NCBI GenBank assembly: GCA_020636995.1 | Contig: JACJWU010000008.1 | Span: 555 to 64,554 of the forward strand | DNA: 64,000 nucleotides | Source of the DNA: Actinomycetota bacterium | Lineage (GTDB): Bacteria; Actinomycetota; Actinomycetes; S36-B12; UBA10799 | Direction of reading: 5' to 3' | Shown here: positions 18,681 to 28,396 of the stretch, piece after piece | Position numbering within the stretch: the stretch's first letter is position 1 | Layout: each line of letters begins with the position of its first letter | Made by a program: the position numbers and the translations under genes | Notes under the pieces: model-generated | The model's input: only the letters and a program-made list of their open reading frames with translations | Database searches by the model: none | What the model was told of the DNA's origin: nothing

Positions 18681-19742
18681 TCACTGGTAGCGGTCCAGGA
18701 TCGAGGACTCGGCGAGGCGCGACAACGCGTCGCGCACGCTGCGGGCTCGCGCCTCACCCACGCCTTCGACGGACTGCAGATCGTCAATCGAGGCCGCCAG
18801 CAACTTCTGCAGGCTCCCGAAGTGCTCGATGAGGCGTTCCACCACAGGCTCCGGAAGCCGGGGGACCCTGCCCAGCAGTCGGTACCCGCGCGGGCTCAGG
18901 GGGCGGTCGAGTCCGTCGAGATCGGAGGCGAGTCCCATCATCTGCCCCAGTTGTGGCAGGTCCACCAGGGCGGAATCCTCCACCTGGTCCAGGACCGCGA
19001 CCGTCTGCTCGAGATGTCCGGGGTCTGGCAGGTAATCGCGCAATAGCAGCACCTGATCTCCGCCGACGCCGGTGACCACCTCTTGCAGTTGCAGGTCCAG
19101 CAACCGGCCGTCGACGCCGAGTTCCACCACGAATTCGTCGATCTCCGCGGTCATCCGGCGGACCATCTCCAGGCGCTGCGTCACCAGCAGGACGTCGCGT
19201 ACGGTCACGAGGTCCTCGACCTCGAGAGCGGACAGGGTCGCCCCGACCTCATCGAGTCGTTGCCGGTAGCGCTCCAGGGTGGCAAGCGCCTGGTTGGCCT
19301 TGCCAAGAATGACTGTGGAGTCCTCCAGGACCTTCCGCTGGCCTTCGAAATACAGCGCGATGGTCTGCATGGACTTGCTGACGCTGATCACGGGGAAGCC
19401 GGTCTGCACTGCGACGCGTTCCGCGGTGCGATGGCGGGTGCCGGTCTCCTGGGTGGGAATGGCGGGGTCGGGCAGCAGTTGCACCGCAGCCCGCACGATC
19501 CGGGTGGCGCTGTTGTCGAGGATCACCGCGCCGTCCATTTTGGCCAGTTCCCGCAAGCCGGTGGAGGTGAACTCGACATCCATGCCGAAGCCGCCACCGG
19601 AGATGCGCTCCACGACCTCGTCGCTGCCGATGACGATCAACCCGCCGGTGCGGCCCCGCAGAATGCGCTCCAGTCCTTCCCGCAGAGGCGTTCCGGGCGC
19701 CACCTGCGCCAATGCGGCCCGGATCCGCGACCCTCTGTCCAT
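18681..19742 (-). CDS. disA: DNA integrity scanning diadenylate cyclase DisA
   Basis: VAPGT.LREGLERI, ELAKMDGA, ETGTRHRTAER and C-terminal HhH. Confidence 0.96.
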   Translation of the reverse strand: MDRGSRIRAALAQVAPGTPLREGLERILRGRTGGLIVIGSDEVVERISGGGFGMDVEFTSTGLRELAKMDGAVILDNSATRIVRAAVQLLPDPAIPTQETGTRHRTAERVAVQTGFPVISVSKSMQTIALYFEGQRKVLEDSTVILGKANQALATLERYRQRLDEVGATLSALEVEDLVTVRDVLLVTQRLEMVRRMTAEIDEFVVELGVDGRLLDLQLQEVVTGVGGDQVLLLRDYLPDPGHLEQTVAVLDQVEDSALVDLPQLGQMMGLASDLDGLDRPLSPRGYRLLGRVPRLPEPVVERLIEHFGSLQKLLAASIDDLQSVEGVGEARARSVRDALSRLAESSILDRYQ

Positions 19743-19802
19743 GGACTCTCCCTCGTGTTGAGGGCATTATCGCCCGAGGTCCGCCGCCTCGGCGCGTTGA
19801 TT

Positions 19803-21266
19803 TCAGAAGGGGGCGTCGACCGCGTGCAGTTGGGCCCGTCGGGCGGTTTCCGGCGCGGGTGCCCGCCGCATCGCCCCGAGCAGGTCGCTGAGTCGGTGGA
19901 TCGGTTGCACCGACAGGCCGTCCGTGGCCCGTACGACCTCGGCCTGGCGTCCGGCGTCCGCCGGAATGATCACGCGCTTGAACCCTAGCCGGGCTGCTTC
20001 TGCCACTCGCTTGGCTAACCCGGGGACGACGCGCAGATCGCCGGACAGGGTCACCTCGCCGATCGCCACGGTGTCGGTCCACAGCGGCGCATCCAGGCGT
20101 GCCGACGCCACCGCGAGGCAGAGTGCGAGATCCGCACCGGGGTCGCTGATCTTTGCCCCACCCACCGTCGCGACGTACACGTCCCGGTTGCCCAGTTGCA
20201 GGGCGCCGGCCTTCTCGGTCACCGTCACCAACATCGTGCTCCGGCTGAGCTCGAGCCCGGTGGCGGCTCGACGTGGGGTCTGGGCGATGCTGCCGGCCAC
20301 CAGGGCCTGCACCTCGGCGACCAGCGGTCGGCGGCCCTCCATCGTCACGGTCAGGCACGACCCCGGCACGGGTGTCTCACGGACCTTGCGGAACAACTCG
20401 GAGGGATCCGCCACCTCCCGCAGGCCCTCCTCATCGTGCTCGAAACAGGCGACCTCGTCGGTCGGGCCGAACCGGTTCTTCACCGAGCGCAGCAGCCGCA
20501 GCGCCGAGGTGCGGTCGCCCTCGAAGGTGACCACGGTGTCGACGAGGTGCTCGAGGGCGCGCGGGCCGGCCACGGAGTTCTCGCGCGTGGACTGGCCCAC
20601 CAGCAGAGTCGGCAGGTGATGGCTCTTGGCCCATTGGGTGATGACCTGCGTGACTTCGTGGACCTGTGCGACACCGCCGGCCCGGGAGTCGATCGCAGAG
20701 GTGGCAATGGTCTGGACCGAGTCCACGATCAGTAGTGAGGGGCGGGTCTGGGCCACATGGGCCAGGACCTGCTCGAGCTCGGTCTCGTCGGCGATCAGCA
20801 GGTTGGGGTGCATCGCCCCGATCCGGCGGGCCCGCAGGCCGATCTGTTCAGCCGACTCCTCGCCGGAGATGTACAGAACGGTTCCGCGGCGTTCGGCGAA
20901 CCTGTGGCCGACGTCGAGCAGGAGGGTGGACTTGCCGACCCCCGGTTCCCCGGCCACCAGCACGACTTGCCCCGGTACCAGACCGCCCCCGAGTACCCGG
21001 TCGAACTCGGCAACGCCGGTGCTGCGGCGGGCGTGTTCCTCCGCGCGCAGGTCGACGACCGCTCGTGCCGCTCGGGTGGGCCCGCCCGAGGGTCCCTTGG
21101 TCTTGGACCCGGCCTTGGGCCGGTGGGACGCTGCGGCCTCCGAGATCGTGCCGAACGTTCCGCATGAGGCACACTTCCCCAGCCATTTCGCCGTGCGGTT
21201 GCCGCACGCGGAGCACTCGTACTCGGTCTTGGGCACGTTCGTCAGCCTAGGTGCCGGGTGCGACAT
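19803..21266 (-). CDS. radA: DNA repair protein RadA/Sms
   Basis: N-terminal C4 zinc finger, GEPGVGKST, KNRFG motif. Confidence 0.96.
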   Translation of the reverse strand: MSHPAPRLTNVPKTEYECSACGNRTAKWLGKCASCGTFGTISEAAASHRPKAGSKTKGPSGGPTRAARAVVDLRAEEHARRSTGVAEFDRVLGGGLVPGQVVLVAGEPGVGKSTLLLDVGHRFAERRGTVLYISGEESAEQIGLRARRIGAMHPNLLIADETELEQVLAHVAQTRPSLLIVDSVQTIATSAIDSRAGGVAQVHEVTQVITQWAKSHHLPTLLVGQSTRENSVAGPRALEHLVDTVVTFEGDRTSALRLLRSVKNRFGPTDEVACFEHDEEGLREVADPSELFRKVRETPVPGSCLTVTMEGRRPLVAEVQALVAGSIAQTPRRAATGLELSRSTMLVTVTEKAGALQLGNRDVYVATVGGAKISDPGADLALCLAVASARLDAPLWTDTVAIGEVTLSGDLRVVPGLAKRVAEAARLGFKRVIIPADAGRQAEVVRATDGLSVQPIHRLSDLLGAMRRAPAPETARRAQLHAVDAPF

Positions 21267-21393
21267 CGCCGGTGTGCCGCGCCCGGGCTGTGGATGAGCG
21301 CCGCCGTGGGACGTGCGTGGGGTGGATGGAGTGTCCAGGGAGGGTGGTCAGGTAGCTCCGGTTGATGGGTGGTCGCTGCGCCTGGTGATGGGT

Positions 21394-21483
21394 GGAGATC
21401 CAGGCCCGTGGTCAGCCCGGTGTCGGTCAGGATCTCCGTGGGCAGTCCGGTTACGGTCAGGATCCCCGTGGGCAGCCCGGTTA
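21394..21483. repeat. Degenerate ~30-bp tandem units abutting the left end of element A3
   Basis: CGGTCAGGATCTCCGTGGGCAGTCCGGTTA (21424) and CGGTCAGGATCCCCGTGGGCAGCCCGGTTA (21454), plus a more degenerate unit at 21394. Confidence 0.75.
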
Positions 21484-21589
21484 GAGATCGGCATGTTGGT
21501 TAGTCGGCGGCATCTTGGTTAGAGTCCCACGGCCGTACAGGGCTAACCGGAGTGCTGTTTCTCTAACCGGGATGCCGATCTCTAACCGG
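21477..21589. repeat. Family A palindromic element, copy 3 (113 bp)
   Basis: Same terminal inverted repeats and core as A1, same orientation. Confidence 0.95.
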
Positions 21590-21659
21590 AGTGTCGCCGA
21601 TTAACCGGACCCGCCCCTCGCCATTGCCGCGGAGCCCGCGGGCACTCGAGTCCGGCACG

Positions 21660-21772
21660 TTGGTTAGAGTCCGGCATGTTGGTTAGTCGGCGGCATCTTG
21701 GTTAGAGTCCCACGGCCGTACAGGGCTAACCGGAGTGCTGTTTCTCTAACCGGAGTGCCGATCTCTAACCGG
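21660..21772. repeat. Family A palindromic element, copy 4
   Basis: Near-identical to A3, about 70 bp downstream; outer left arm is degenerate. Confidence 0.9.
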
Positions 21773-21849
21773 AGTGCCGGCGCCAGCCCGTACCGTGACC
21801 AACCTGTCTGGACAGAACAACTGGCGTGCCGGATCCTGGACGGCCGGCG

Positions 21850-22602
21850 TCAGGCCGGGTCGGCGGGGTGCCGGGCGATGTCCAGGCCCTTGCGCCGCGC
21901 CTTCTCCCGGTCCTGGCAGGCCTGCGCCAGCACGTCGTAGGCGTGTCGTCCCATCATCTCCACCAGCCCGTCGCGTTCGGTGACGTACACCGGTTCCCGC
22001 GCGACGTGCGCCTCAGTGTTCGACGAGCAGTACCAATTGAGGTCGTGGCCACCCGGCCCCCAGCCGCGGCGGTCGTACTCGCCGATCCCCACCACGAGCA
22101 CCGTCGTGCCATCGGGTCGTTCCACGTGCTCGAACGTGCGCCGGATCGGCAGCTGCCAGCACACATCCGGCTTGGTCTGCACAGGCGACAGCCCCTCCCG
22201 CAGGGCCAGTGCGTGCAGCGCGCACCCCTGTGGGCCCTCGAACCCGCTTCGGTTGAGGAAGATGCAGGCGCCGTCCACCACCCGGGTCTGCTTGCTTCCC
22301 TCAGGGTCCTTCATCACGATGCCTTTGGCCTGTCCGACCGCCTTGAACTGCCAGTCGGCCTCGGTCAGCTTGTCGGCCCAGGCCAGGACCCGCTTGCGGT
22401 CGTCCTTGTCGCTGAAATGGGCTCCCAGGGTGCAGCAGCCGCCGTCGGGCATGTGCTCGGAGATCCCACCGCACCCGCGCCCGAAGACGCAGGTCCAGCG
22501 GCTCGTCAGCCAGGTGAGGTCACAGCGATACACGCGCTCGGGGTCGGCGGGATCGGTGAACTCCAGCCAATCGCGAGGGAAATCCAAAGGAACTTCAGGC
22601 AC
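21850..22602 (-). CDS. Conserved Cys-rich hypothetical protein (Rv0495c-like)
   Basis: [31 protein letters not shown] and KPDVCWQLP; divergent from ppx. Confidence 0.75.
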   Translation of the reverse strand: MPEVPLDFPRDWLEFTDPADPERVYRCDLTWLTSRWTCVFGRGCGGISEHMPDGGCCTLGAHFSDKDDRKRVLAWADKLTEADWQFKAVGQAKGIVMKDPEGSKQTRVVDGACIFLNRSGFEGPQGCALHALALREGLSPVQTKPDVCWQLPIRRTFEHVERPDGTTVLVVGIGEYDRRGWGPGGHDLNWYCSSNTEAHVAREPVYVTERDGLVEMMGRHAYDVLAQACQDREKARRKGLDIARHPADPA

Positions 22603-22633
22603 CGGCCCAGACTACGAGGCATACCCTGGTCGC

Positions 22634-23569
22634 ATGCGACTAGGCGTGCTGGACATCGGATCCAACACTGTGCACCTGCTGATCGTCGACGCCCATCACG
22701 GGGCGGCGCCCGTCCCGGCGCTGTCGCACAAACTCGAACTGCGGCTCGCGGAGCACCTCGACGAGGACGGACGCATCGACTCCGAGGCCTCGGACGCGCT
22801 GGTCGGCTTCATCAAGGATTCCCTGGAGATCGCTGAGGACGCCGGGGTCACGGAGGTGACCGCGTTCGCGACAAGTGCCATCCGGGAAGCTCCGAACGGC
22901 GACGACGTGCTCGACCAGGTGAAGCGCCGGACCGGTGTGGAGGTCGACCTCATGAGCGGCCCGCGAGAAGCGCAGGTCACGTTCCTGGCGGTGCGCCGGT
23001 GGTTCGGGTGGTCCAGTGGCCGGTTGCTGGTCGTCGACATCGGGGGCGGGTCGTTGGAGCTCGCCTCGGGCGCCGACGAGGACCCCGATGTGGCGCTGTC
23101 ACTTCCGTTGGGGGCGGGACGGCTGACACGTGATCATCTGAGCGACGACCCCCCGAAAGCAGGCGAGCTCAAGGCGCTGCGCAAGAAGATCCGGGCCGAT
23201 GTCGCAGCGGAGGTGGGTCGGCTGATCCGGTTCGGACAACCCGAGATGGCGGTGGCCACCAGCAAGACGCTGCGGCAACTCGCCCGCATCGCCGGTGCGG
23301 CTCCCAGCGCGGAGGGCCTGTACGTGCGACGTGTGCTGACCAGGTCGGACCTGGGGGTCTGGCTGCCCAAGCTGTCCGAGATGACCGCGTCCAAGCGCGC
23401 GGAGTTGCCGGGCGTGTCGCAGGGGCGCTCGCGGCAACTGGTCGCGGGTGCCTTGGTGGCGGAGGCCGTGATGGACATCGGCGGGCTGCCGGAACTGGTG
23501 TTGTGTCCGTGGGCGTTACGGGAGGGTGTGATCCTCGAACGGCTCGATGCGCTGGCTCCGGGCTCCTGA
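22634..23569 (+). CDS. ppx: Ppx/GppA exopolyphosphatase
   Basis: [28 protein letters not shown] and ALREG. Confidence 0.93.
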   Translation: MRLGVLDIGSNTVHLLIVDAHHGAAPVPALSHKLELRLAEHLDEDGRIDSEASDALVGFIKDSLEIAEDAGVTEVTAFATSAIREAPNGDDVLDQVKRRTGVEVDLMSGPREAQVTFLAVRRWFGWSSGRLLVVDIGGGSLELASGADEDPDVALSLPLGAGRLTRDHLSDDPPKAGELKALRKKIRADVAAEVGRLIRFGQPEMAVATSKTLRQLARIAGAAPSAEGLYVRRVLTRSDLGVWLPKLSEMTASKRAELPGVSQGRSRQLVAGALVAEAVMDIGGLPELVLCPWALREGVILERLDALAPGS

Positions 23570-23650
23570 GCGCATGGCCGGCATGCGGACGCAGCGACGA
23601 CGGGGCGGGGGGTTGCCCGCCACGGCCTCGTGCATTGTCACACTGGTCCG

Positions 23651-24463
23651 GTGAGCACCTCGCGACGCCGTCAGCGCATCAAGGTCGCGCTGTCCTCGGT
23701 ATCGGTGTATCCGGAGTCGACGGCCGCGGCATTCGAAATGGCCTCGCGTCTGGGGTACGACGGCGTCGAGGTGATGGTCATGAACGACGCGGTGTCGCAG
23801 GACCCGGACGCCTTGCGCCGACTGTCCGACCACTACGCGATTCCGATCCTCGCCGTGCACGCTCCCTGCTTGCTCATCACCCAACGTGTCTGGGGCAGCG
23901 ACCCGTGGGCCAAACTCGTGCGCGCGAGAGCAGCGGCCGAGACACTCGGCGCGGACACGGTGGTGGTGCATCCGCCCTTCCGGTGGCAGCGCGAGTATGC
24001 CCGAGACTTCCTTCGTGGGCTGCGGCGGATGCAGGACGAGACCGACATCCGGTTCGCGGTGGAGAACATGTATCCGTGGCGCGCAGGTGGCCGGGAGATG
24101 GCGGCGTACTCGCCGGGCTGGGACATCCGCGACGAGGACTATCCCCACACGACCCTGGACCTGTCACATACGGCGGTGTCGGGTACCGATCCGCAGCGCA
24201 TGGCTCGTGACCTCGGGGACTCGCTCGCCCACATCCACCTCGCGGATGGCAGCGGCAGCAACCGTGATGAGCACCTCATCCCGGGACGGGGCACCCAGCC
24301 CTGCGGCGAGGTCCTGGACTCCCTGGCGGCCTCGGACTTCGACGGTGTCGTGGTGGTCGAGGTCAGCACCCGGAAATCGGCCAACCGCACCGAGCGGGAG
24401 CGGGACCTGGTGGAGGCACTGGCGTTCGCGCGTCTGCACCTCGACGTGCCTGGAATCGGCTGA
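23651..24463 (+). CDS. Sugar phosphate isomerase/epimerase (AP-endonuclease 2 TIM barrel)
   Basis: [34 protein letters not shown] and DEHL.PG. Confidence 0.85.
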   Translation: MSTSRRRQRIKVALSSVSVYPESTAAAFEMASRLGYDGVEVMVMNDAVSQDPDALRRLSDHYAIPILAVHAPCLLITQRVWGSDPWAKLVRARAAAETLGADTVVVHPPFRWQREYARDFLRGLRRMQDETDIRFAVENMYPWRAGGREMAAYSPGWDIRDEDYPHTTLDLSHTAVSGTDPQRMARDLGDSLAHIHLADGSGSNRDEHLIPGRGTQPCGEVLDSLAASDFDGVVVVEVSTRKSANRTERERDLVEALAFARLHLDVPGIG

Positions 24464-24526
24464 GAGCCGTGCCGTGGCGGCTTCGAAAACCGTGCATTGC
24501 TGATCGAGGGCAATAGGCTGGTCCGC

Positions 24527-25117
24527 ATGGGAACCGACGACGTCCGGGATGCGGTGCTGGACGCCGCCCGTGCCGCCTTCCACGCGCGTGGCTATGTGCG
24601 CACCTCGATGAAGGGTGTGGCTGCGGCGGCCGGTGTGGCACCCGAGGTCGTGAACCGCTATTGGAACTCCAAGGAGTCCTTGTTCGCCGCGGCCATGCAA
24701 CTGCCCTTCGATCCCGCCAGCGCGATGCCGCAACTGGTGGCGCCGGGTCTCGACGGGATGGGCGAGCGGCTCACCCGCGCGACCCTCGACATGCTGGCCG
24801 ACGAGCAGACCCGCAACGACTTCATCGCGCTGTTCCAGGCCGGAGCGTCGGCGACGAAGGCGGCCCGGGGGATGCAGGACTTCATCGAGCGATCCATGGT
24901 GGACCGGCTCGTGCGGGTGCTGGGTGTGCCCGACGCCCGCCTGCGGGTCAACCTGATCATGGCCTACCTGATGGGGATCGCCACCACCCGGTACATCGTG
25001 CGGTTGGAGCCGGTGGCCTCGATGCCCGAGGACGATCTGGTCCGTCTGGTCGCCCCGACGATCCAGAACTGGCTGGACGTGACGAAGCCGCTGCAGAAGC
25101 CCAAGGACATCGCGTAG
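24527..25117 (+). CDS. TetR-family transcriptional regulator
   Basis: N-terminal HTH (LDAARAAF..RGY...VAAAAGV...Y..SKESLF). Confidence 0.85.
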   Translation: MGTDDVRDAVLDAARAAFHARGYVRTSMKGVAAAAGVAPEVVNRYWNSKESLFAAAMQLPFDPASAMPQLVAPGLDGMGERLTRATLDMLADEQTRNDFIALFQAGASATKAARGMQDFIERSMVDRLVRVLGVPDARLRVNLIMAYLMGIATTRYIVRLEPVASMPEDDLVRLVAPTIQNWLDVTKPLQKPKDIA

Positions 25118-25195
25118 GCGAGGGCGAAGACCGGCGAGCCAAAGGCGCATGTCGAGGGCTAGCCTTGCGGGGGGAAACACGGCGAGGAGGTCCTT

Positions 25196-26125
25196 TTGAT
25201 CCGGCAAGCGCTCTTGAGTCTCTCGCGGCAGAAGAAGATCCAGGAGATCTCGGCCAACGCCCCCATCAGCCGCTCGGTCGTCGCCCGGTTCATCGCGGGG
25301 GAGACCGAGGAGGATGCGGTCCGTGCAGCTGGTGATCTTGCCAGTGAGGGCCTGCTGAGCACGATCGATCACCTGGGTGAGGACACCCTGGACCGTGCCC
25401 AGGCCGATGCCACCCGGGATGCCTACCTGCGGTTGCTGAAGGGTATCGATGAGGCGGGGTTGGCCCCGGCCGTCGAGGTGTCCGTGAAACTGTCCGCGAT
25501 GGGGCAGGCGCTGTCCGGCGACGGTGAGAAGATCGCCATTGACAACGCGCGGGCCATCTGCGAGTCAGCCACAGCGATCGGCACGACGGTCACGCTCGAC
25601 ATGGAGGACCACACCACCACCGACTCGACACTGGGGATCCTGCGGGAGTTGCGTAAGGACTTCCCGGACACCGGGGCGGTGCTGCAGGCCTACCTGTACC
25701 GCACCGAGCAGGACTGCCGGGACCTTGCGTACGAAGGCTCGCGCATCCGGTTGTGCAAGGGCGCCTACAAGGAGCCGGAGTCGGTGGCGTTCCAGGCCAA
25801 GGAAGACGTCGACAAGTCGTACGTGCGATGCATGCGGATCCTGTTCGACTCCCCGTGCTACCCCATGATCGCCTCGCACGACCCCCGGCTCGTTGAGATC
25901 GCGGGAGCTCTGGCCACCCGCGCCGACCGTCCCAAGGGCACGTACGAGCACCAGATGCTCTACGGCGTGCGTCCCGACGAGCAGCGACGGTTGGCCAAAG
26001 CCGGTGAGCGCATGCGGGTGTACATCCCGTACGGCGCGGAGTGGTACGGCTACATGGTGCGCCGGATGGCCGAGAAGCCGGCCAACATGGCGTTGTTCGT
26101 GAAGTCGATGACGTCGAAGAGTTGA
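25196..26125 (+). CDS. Proline dehydrogenase (monofunctional)
   Basis: SVKLS, DMEDH, VLQAYL.RT, RLCKGAY.EP, ASHD and YMVRRMAE.PAN. Confidence 0.93.
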   Translation: MIRQALLSLSRQKKIQEISANAPISRSVVARFIAGETEEDAVRAAGDLASEGLLSTIDHLGEDTLDRAQADATRDAYLRLLKGIDEAGLAPAVEVSVKLSAMGQALSGDGEKIAIDNARAICESATAIGTTVTLDMEDHTTTDSTLGILRELRKDFPDTGAVLQAYLYRTEQDCRDLAYEGSRIRLCKGAYKEPESVAFQAKEDVDKSYVRCMRILFDSPCYPMIASHDPRLVEIAGALATRADRPKGTYEHQMLYGVRPDEQRRLAKAGERMRVYIPYGAEWYGYMVRRMAEKPANMALFVKSMTSKS

Positions 26126-26188
26126 GTCAGCCACCGTCGGCTGCGAGGGCGGTCAAACGGGGAGCGCCGTTTCGTGGCGGCAGCGCCA

Positions 26189-26305
26189 TTGTGGCGTTGT
26201 TGCTAGGCACAAGCCCACGATTGTGACGTAGTTGCGGGGTCCCACGGCCGCGGACCCCGCACCTTCGTCACAACGGGGGTCGCAGGCGTGACAACAACGT
26301 CACAA
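26189..26305. repeat. Nested palindromic element family D (TTGTGACG...CGTCACAA arms), copy 1
   Basis: Inner 22-bp stem 26221-26273 with loop CACGGCCGC; outer arms offset by 32 nt on each side. Confidence 0.8.
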
Positions 26306-26341
26306 GCGGCTCGTTTCGCGCGTCATCGAACGAGCCGAACC

Positions 26342-26397
26342 CAGCCGCGGGCACGCTCGATCGACGGGTTGGAGGCTGCCTCCAGAGCCGACAGGAA
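26342..26397 (-). repeat. Degenerate direct duplicate of the proC 3' end
   Basis: 49 of 56 nt identical to 26466-26521. Confidence 0.85.
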
Positions 26398-26407
26398 GAC
26401 CACAGTG

Positions 26408-26439
26408 GGTGGGGTTCGTCGGGCGCTGAACCCCATCGG
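26408..26439. repeat. Palindromic element family C (GGTGGGGTTCGTCGGGCGCTGAACCCCATCGG), copy 1
   Basis: Identical 32-mer at 59522-59553. Confidence 0.85.
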
Positions 26440-26464
26440 ACGGTGCAGTGGGTGGGTGGCTCGG

Positions 26465-27265
26465 TCAGCCGCCGGCAAGCTCGATCGACCGGTTGCGGGC
26501 CGCCTCCAGGGCCGACAGGAAAGCCGCGCGCACTTTGTGGTCCTCCAGGACCCGCAGGGCGGCAGCAGTGGTGCCCGCCGGTGACGTGACGTTCTCACGC
26601 AGGACCACCGGGTGCTCTCCGGTCTCGCGCAGCATCGTCGCCGCGCCGTACACGGTCTGCAGGGTCAGCTCCGTGGCCAGACGGCGGGGCAGACCTAGCC
26701 CGACGCCGGCCTCGATCATGGCCTCGACGGTGTAGAAGATGTACGCCGGCCCGGACCCGGAGATCGCGGTCACCGCGTCCTGCATCTTCTCGGGGACCTC
26801 GACCACCTTGCCCACACATGCCATGAGTCGCACCGCCAGGGCCACGTGCTCGGCCGTGCAGTGCGCGCCGGGGGACACCGCAGACATACCCTCGTCGACC
26901 AGGGCCGGCGTGTTCGGCATGACCCGCACGACGGGGATCCCGTCCGGCAGTAGCGCCTCCAACGACTCGGTCGTGACACCCGCGGCCAGCGACACCACGA
27001 GCGCGGTGGATTTGAGGTCCGGCGCGATCTCCGCCACGACGGCGAAGATGTCCTGCGGCTTGACCACGAGCACCACGACATCGGCCTCGCGGGCGGCCTC
27101 GGTGTTCGTGGCCGTGTCCACGCCGTACCGGTCCTTGAGCTCCGCCACGCGGTCCTGGCGCTTGTCGGCGACCACGAAGGTGTCGCCCATGCGATCCCCG
27201 CGCAGCAGCCCCGAAAGCAGTGCTTCACCCATGACGCCGGCCCCGATGACCGCAACCACACCCAT
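26465..27265 (-). CDS. proC: Pyrroline-5-carboxylate reductase
   Basis: IGAG.MG, VKPQD, RVMPNTP, SGSGPAY and SPAGTT. Confidence 0.96.
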   Translation of the reverse strand: MGVVAVIGAGVMGEALLSGLLRGDRMGDTFVVADKRQDRVAELKDRYGVDTATNTEAAREADVVVLVVKPQDIFAVVAEIAPDLKSTALVVSLAAGVTTESLEALLPDGIPVVRVMPNTPALVDEGMSAVSPGAHCTAEHVALAVRLMACVGKVVEVPEKMQDAVTAISGSGPAYIFYTVEAMIEAGVGLGLPRRLATELTLQTVYGAATMLRETGEHPVVLRENVTSPAGTTAAALRVLEDHKVRAAFLSALEAARNRSIELAGG

Positions 27266-27295
27266 GGCGCACACCGTACTGCAGGTGCGCGGGAC

Positions 27296-28258
27296 TCAGA
27301 CGACGGTACTGACGATCGCGCAGTAGCACAGGATGGTCAGAAGGTCCTGTATCACGGTGGCCAGCGGACCGGAGCCGTAGGCGGGATCGCGTCCCAGGCG
27401 GGACAGGACGTACGGCAGAACCATCGCCACCACCGAGGCGACCGCACAGGAGACGAACAACGCCAGTCCGACAGCGAGCATGATCTGGGCGTCGCCGAAG
27501 AAGAGGATCCCCAACGGCACGAACAGCACTGCCACCAGGGTTCCGATGATCAGGCCGGTCAGTGACTCCTTCGGCGCGACCTGCCGCACACTCACCCCCA
27601 CGCTCAAGCCGCGCACCACCACGGTCTCGGTCTGGGTACCGACCGCGTCGGCCATGTACACCACGCCGGGCAGGAAGAAGGCCAGGATCACCTGTCGGCT
27701 GATGGCGTCCTCGTAGCCGGCCACCACGAATGCCGCCAGCATCGCCCCGGCCAGGCCCACGAGCAGCCAGGGGATGCGATGCAGCACCCTTCGGCGCACC
27801 GATTCGATCGTCGCCGTGCGCACCTGCTGGGTGTCGTGCACGACCCCGGCCAGGCGCGACAGGTCCTCCTCGTGTTCTACGAACAGCACCTCGAGCATGG
27901 CGGCGGGAGTCACGATCCCCAGCAGTGCGCCGGCGTCGTCCACCACAGCGAGCGCCCGGTGCCCCATCCGCACCATCTCCCACGCGGCGATCTCCTGGTC
28001 GGTGTCACGGTGCACGGTGATCGCGGGCGTCATCAGATCGGCCATCGTCTGGAGCCCTCCGGCGGGCAGGAGGTCTTCGATCGCCACCGTCCCCGCCAGG
28101 ATCGCACCGTCCATCACCGCCACGGCGCACACCCACTCGTGGGGCTCAGCGGTCAATCGCGTTCGCACGTCTTCGGCCGTCTCGTGCATGTCCGCCCGCG
28201 GGACGTCGCTGGTGGCGCGTGCCAGCACCGATTCGGGGGCGGCGATGGTGTCGCTCAT
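27296..28258 (-). CDS. mgtE: MgtE-family magnesium transporter (CBS pair plus membrane domain)
   Basis: Two CBS repeats, RIPWLLVGL, GTQTET, DPAYGSGPLATVIQD. Confidence 0.8.
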   Translation of the reverse strand: MSDTIAAPESVLARATSDVPRADMHETAEDVRTRLTAEPHEWVCAVAVMDGAILAGTVAIEDLLPAGGLQTMADLMTPAITVHRDTDQEIAAWEMVRMGHRALAVVDDAGALLGIVTPAAMLEVLFVEHEEDLSRLAGVVHDTQQVRTATIESVRRRVLHRIPWLLVGLAGAMLAAFVVAGYEDAISRQVILAFFLPGVVYMADAVGTQTETVVVRGLSVGVSVRQVAPKESLTGLIIGTLVAVLFVPLGILFFGDAQIMLAVGLALFVSCAVASVVAMVLPYVLSRLGRDPAYGSGPLATVIQDLLTILCYCAIVSTVV

Positions 28259-28396
28259 GCCGCCAGTCTGCTCCTGATCCTGCCCACCGCTCCAGGCCAG
28301 CACGACGGTGCACTGCGGCCCGCGCAGGACCGGCGAGCGGGGGTTTCGAGTGGAACGTTGGGCACGTGCGGGGTGATTGTGGATAGCGTGTCGAGC

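Noticed and set aside
21270-21850. Rearrangement breakpoint between the radA block and the ppx/proC/hem block
   Set aside because: As I recall, these blocks are also adjacent in Streptomyces, so adjacency alone is not evidence of element-mediated rearrangement.
28378-28386. DnaA box upstream of acuC (TGTGGATAG)
   Set aside because: One mismatch, and it overlaps the -10 element TAGCGT, which explains it.
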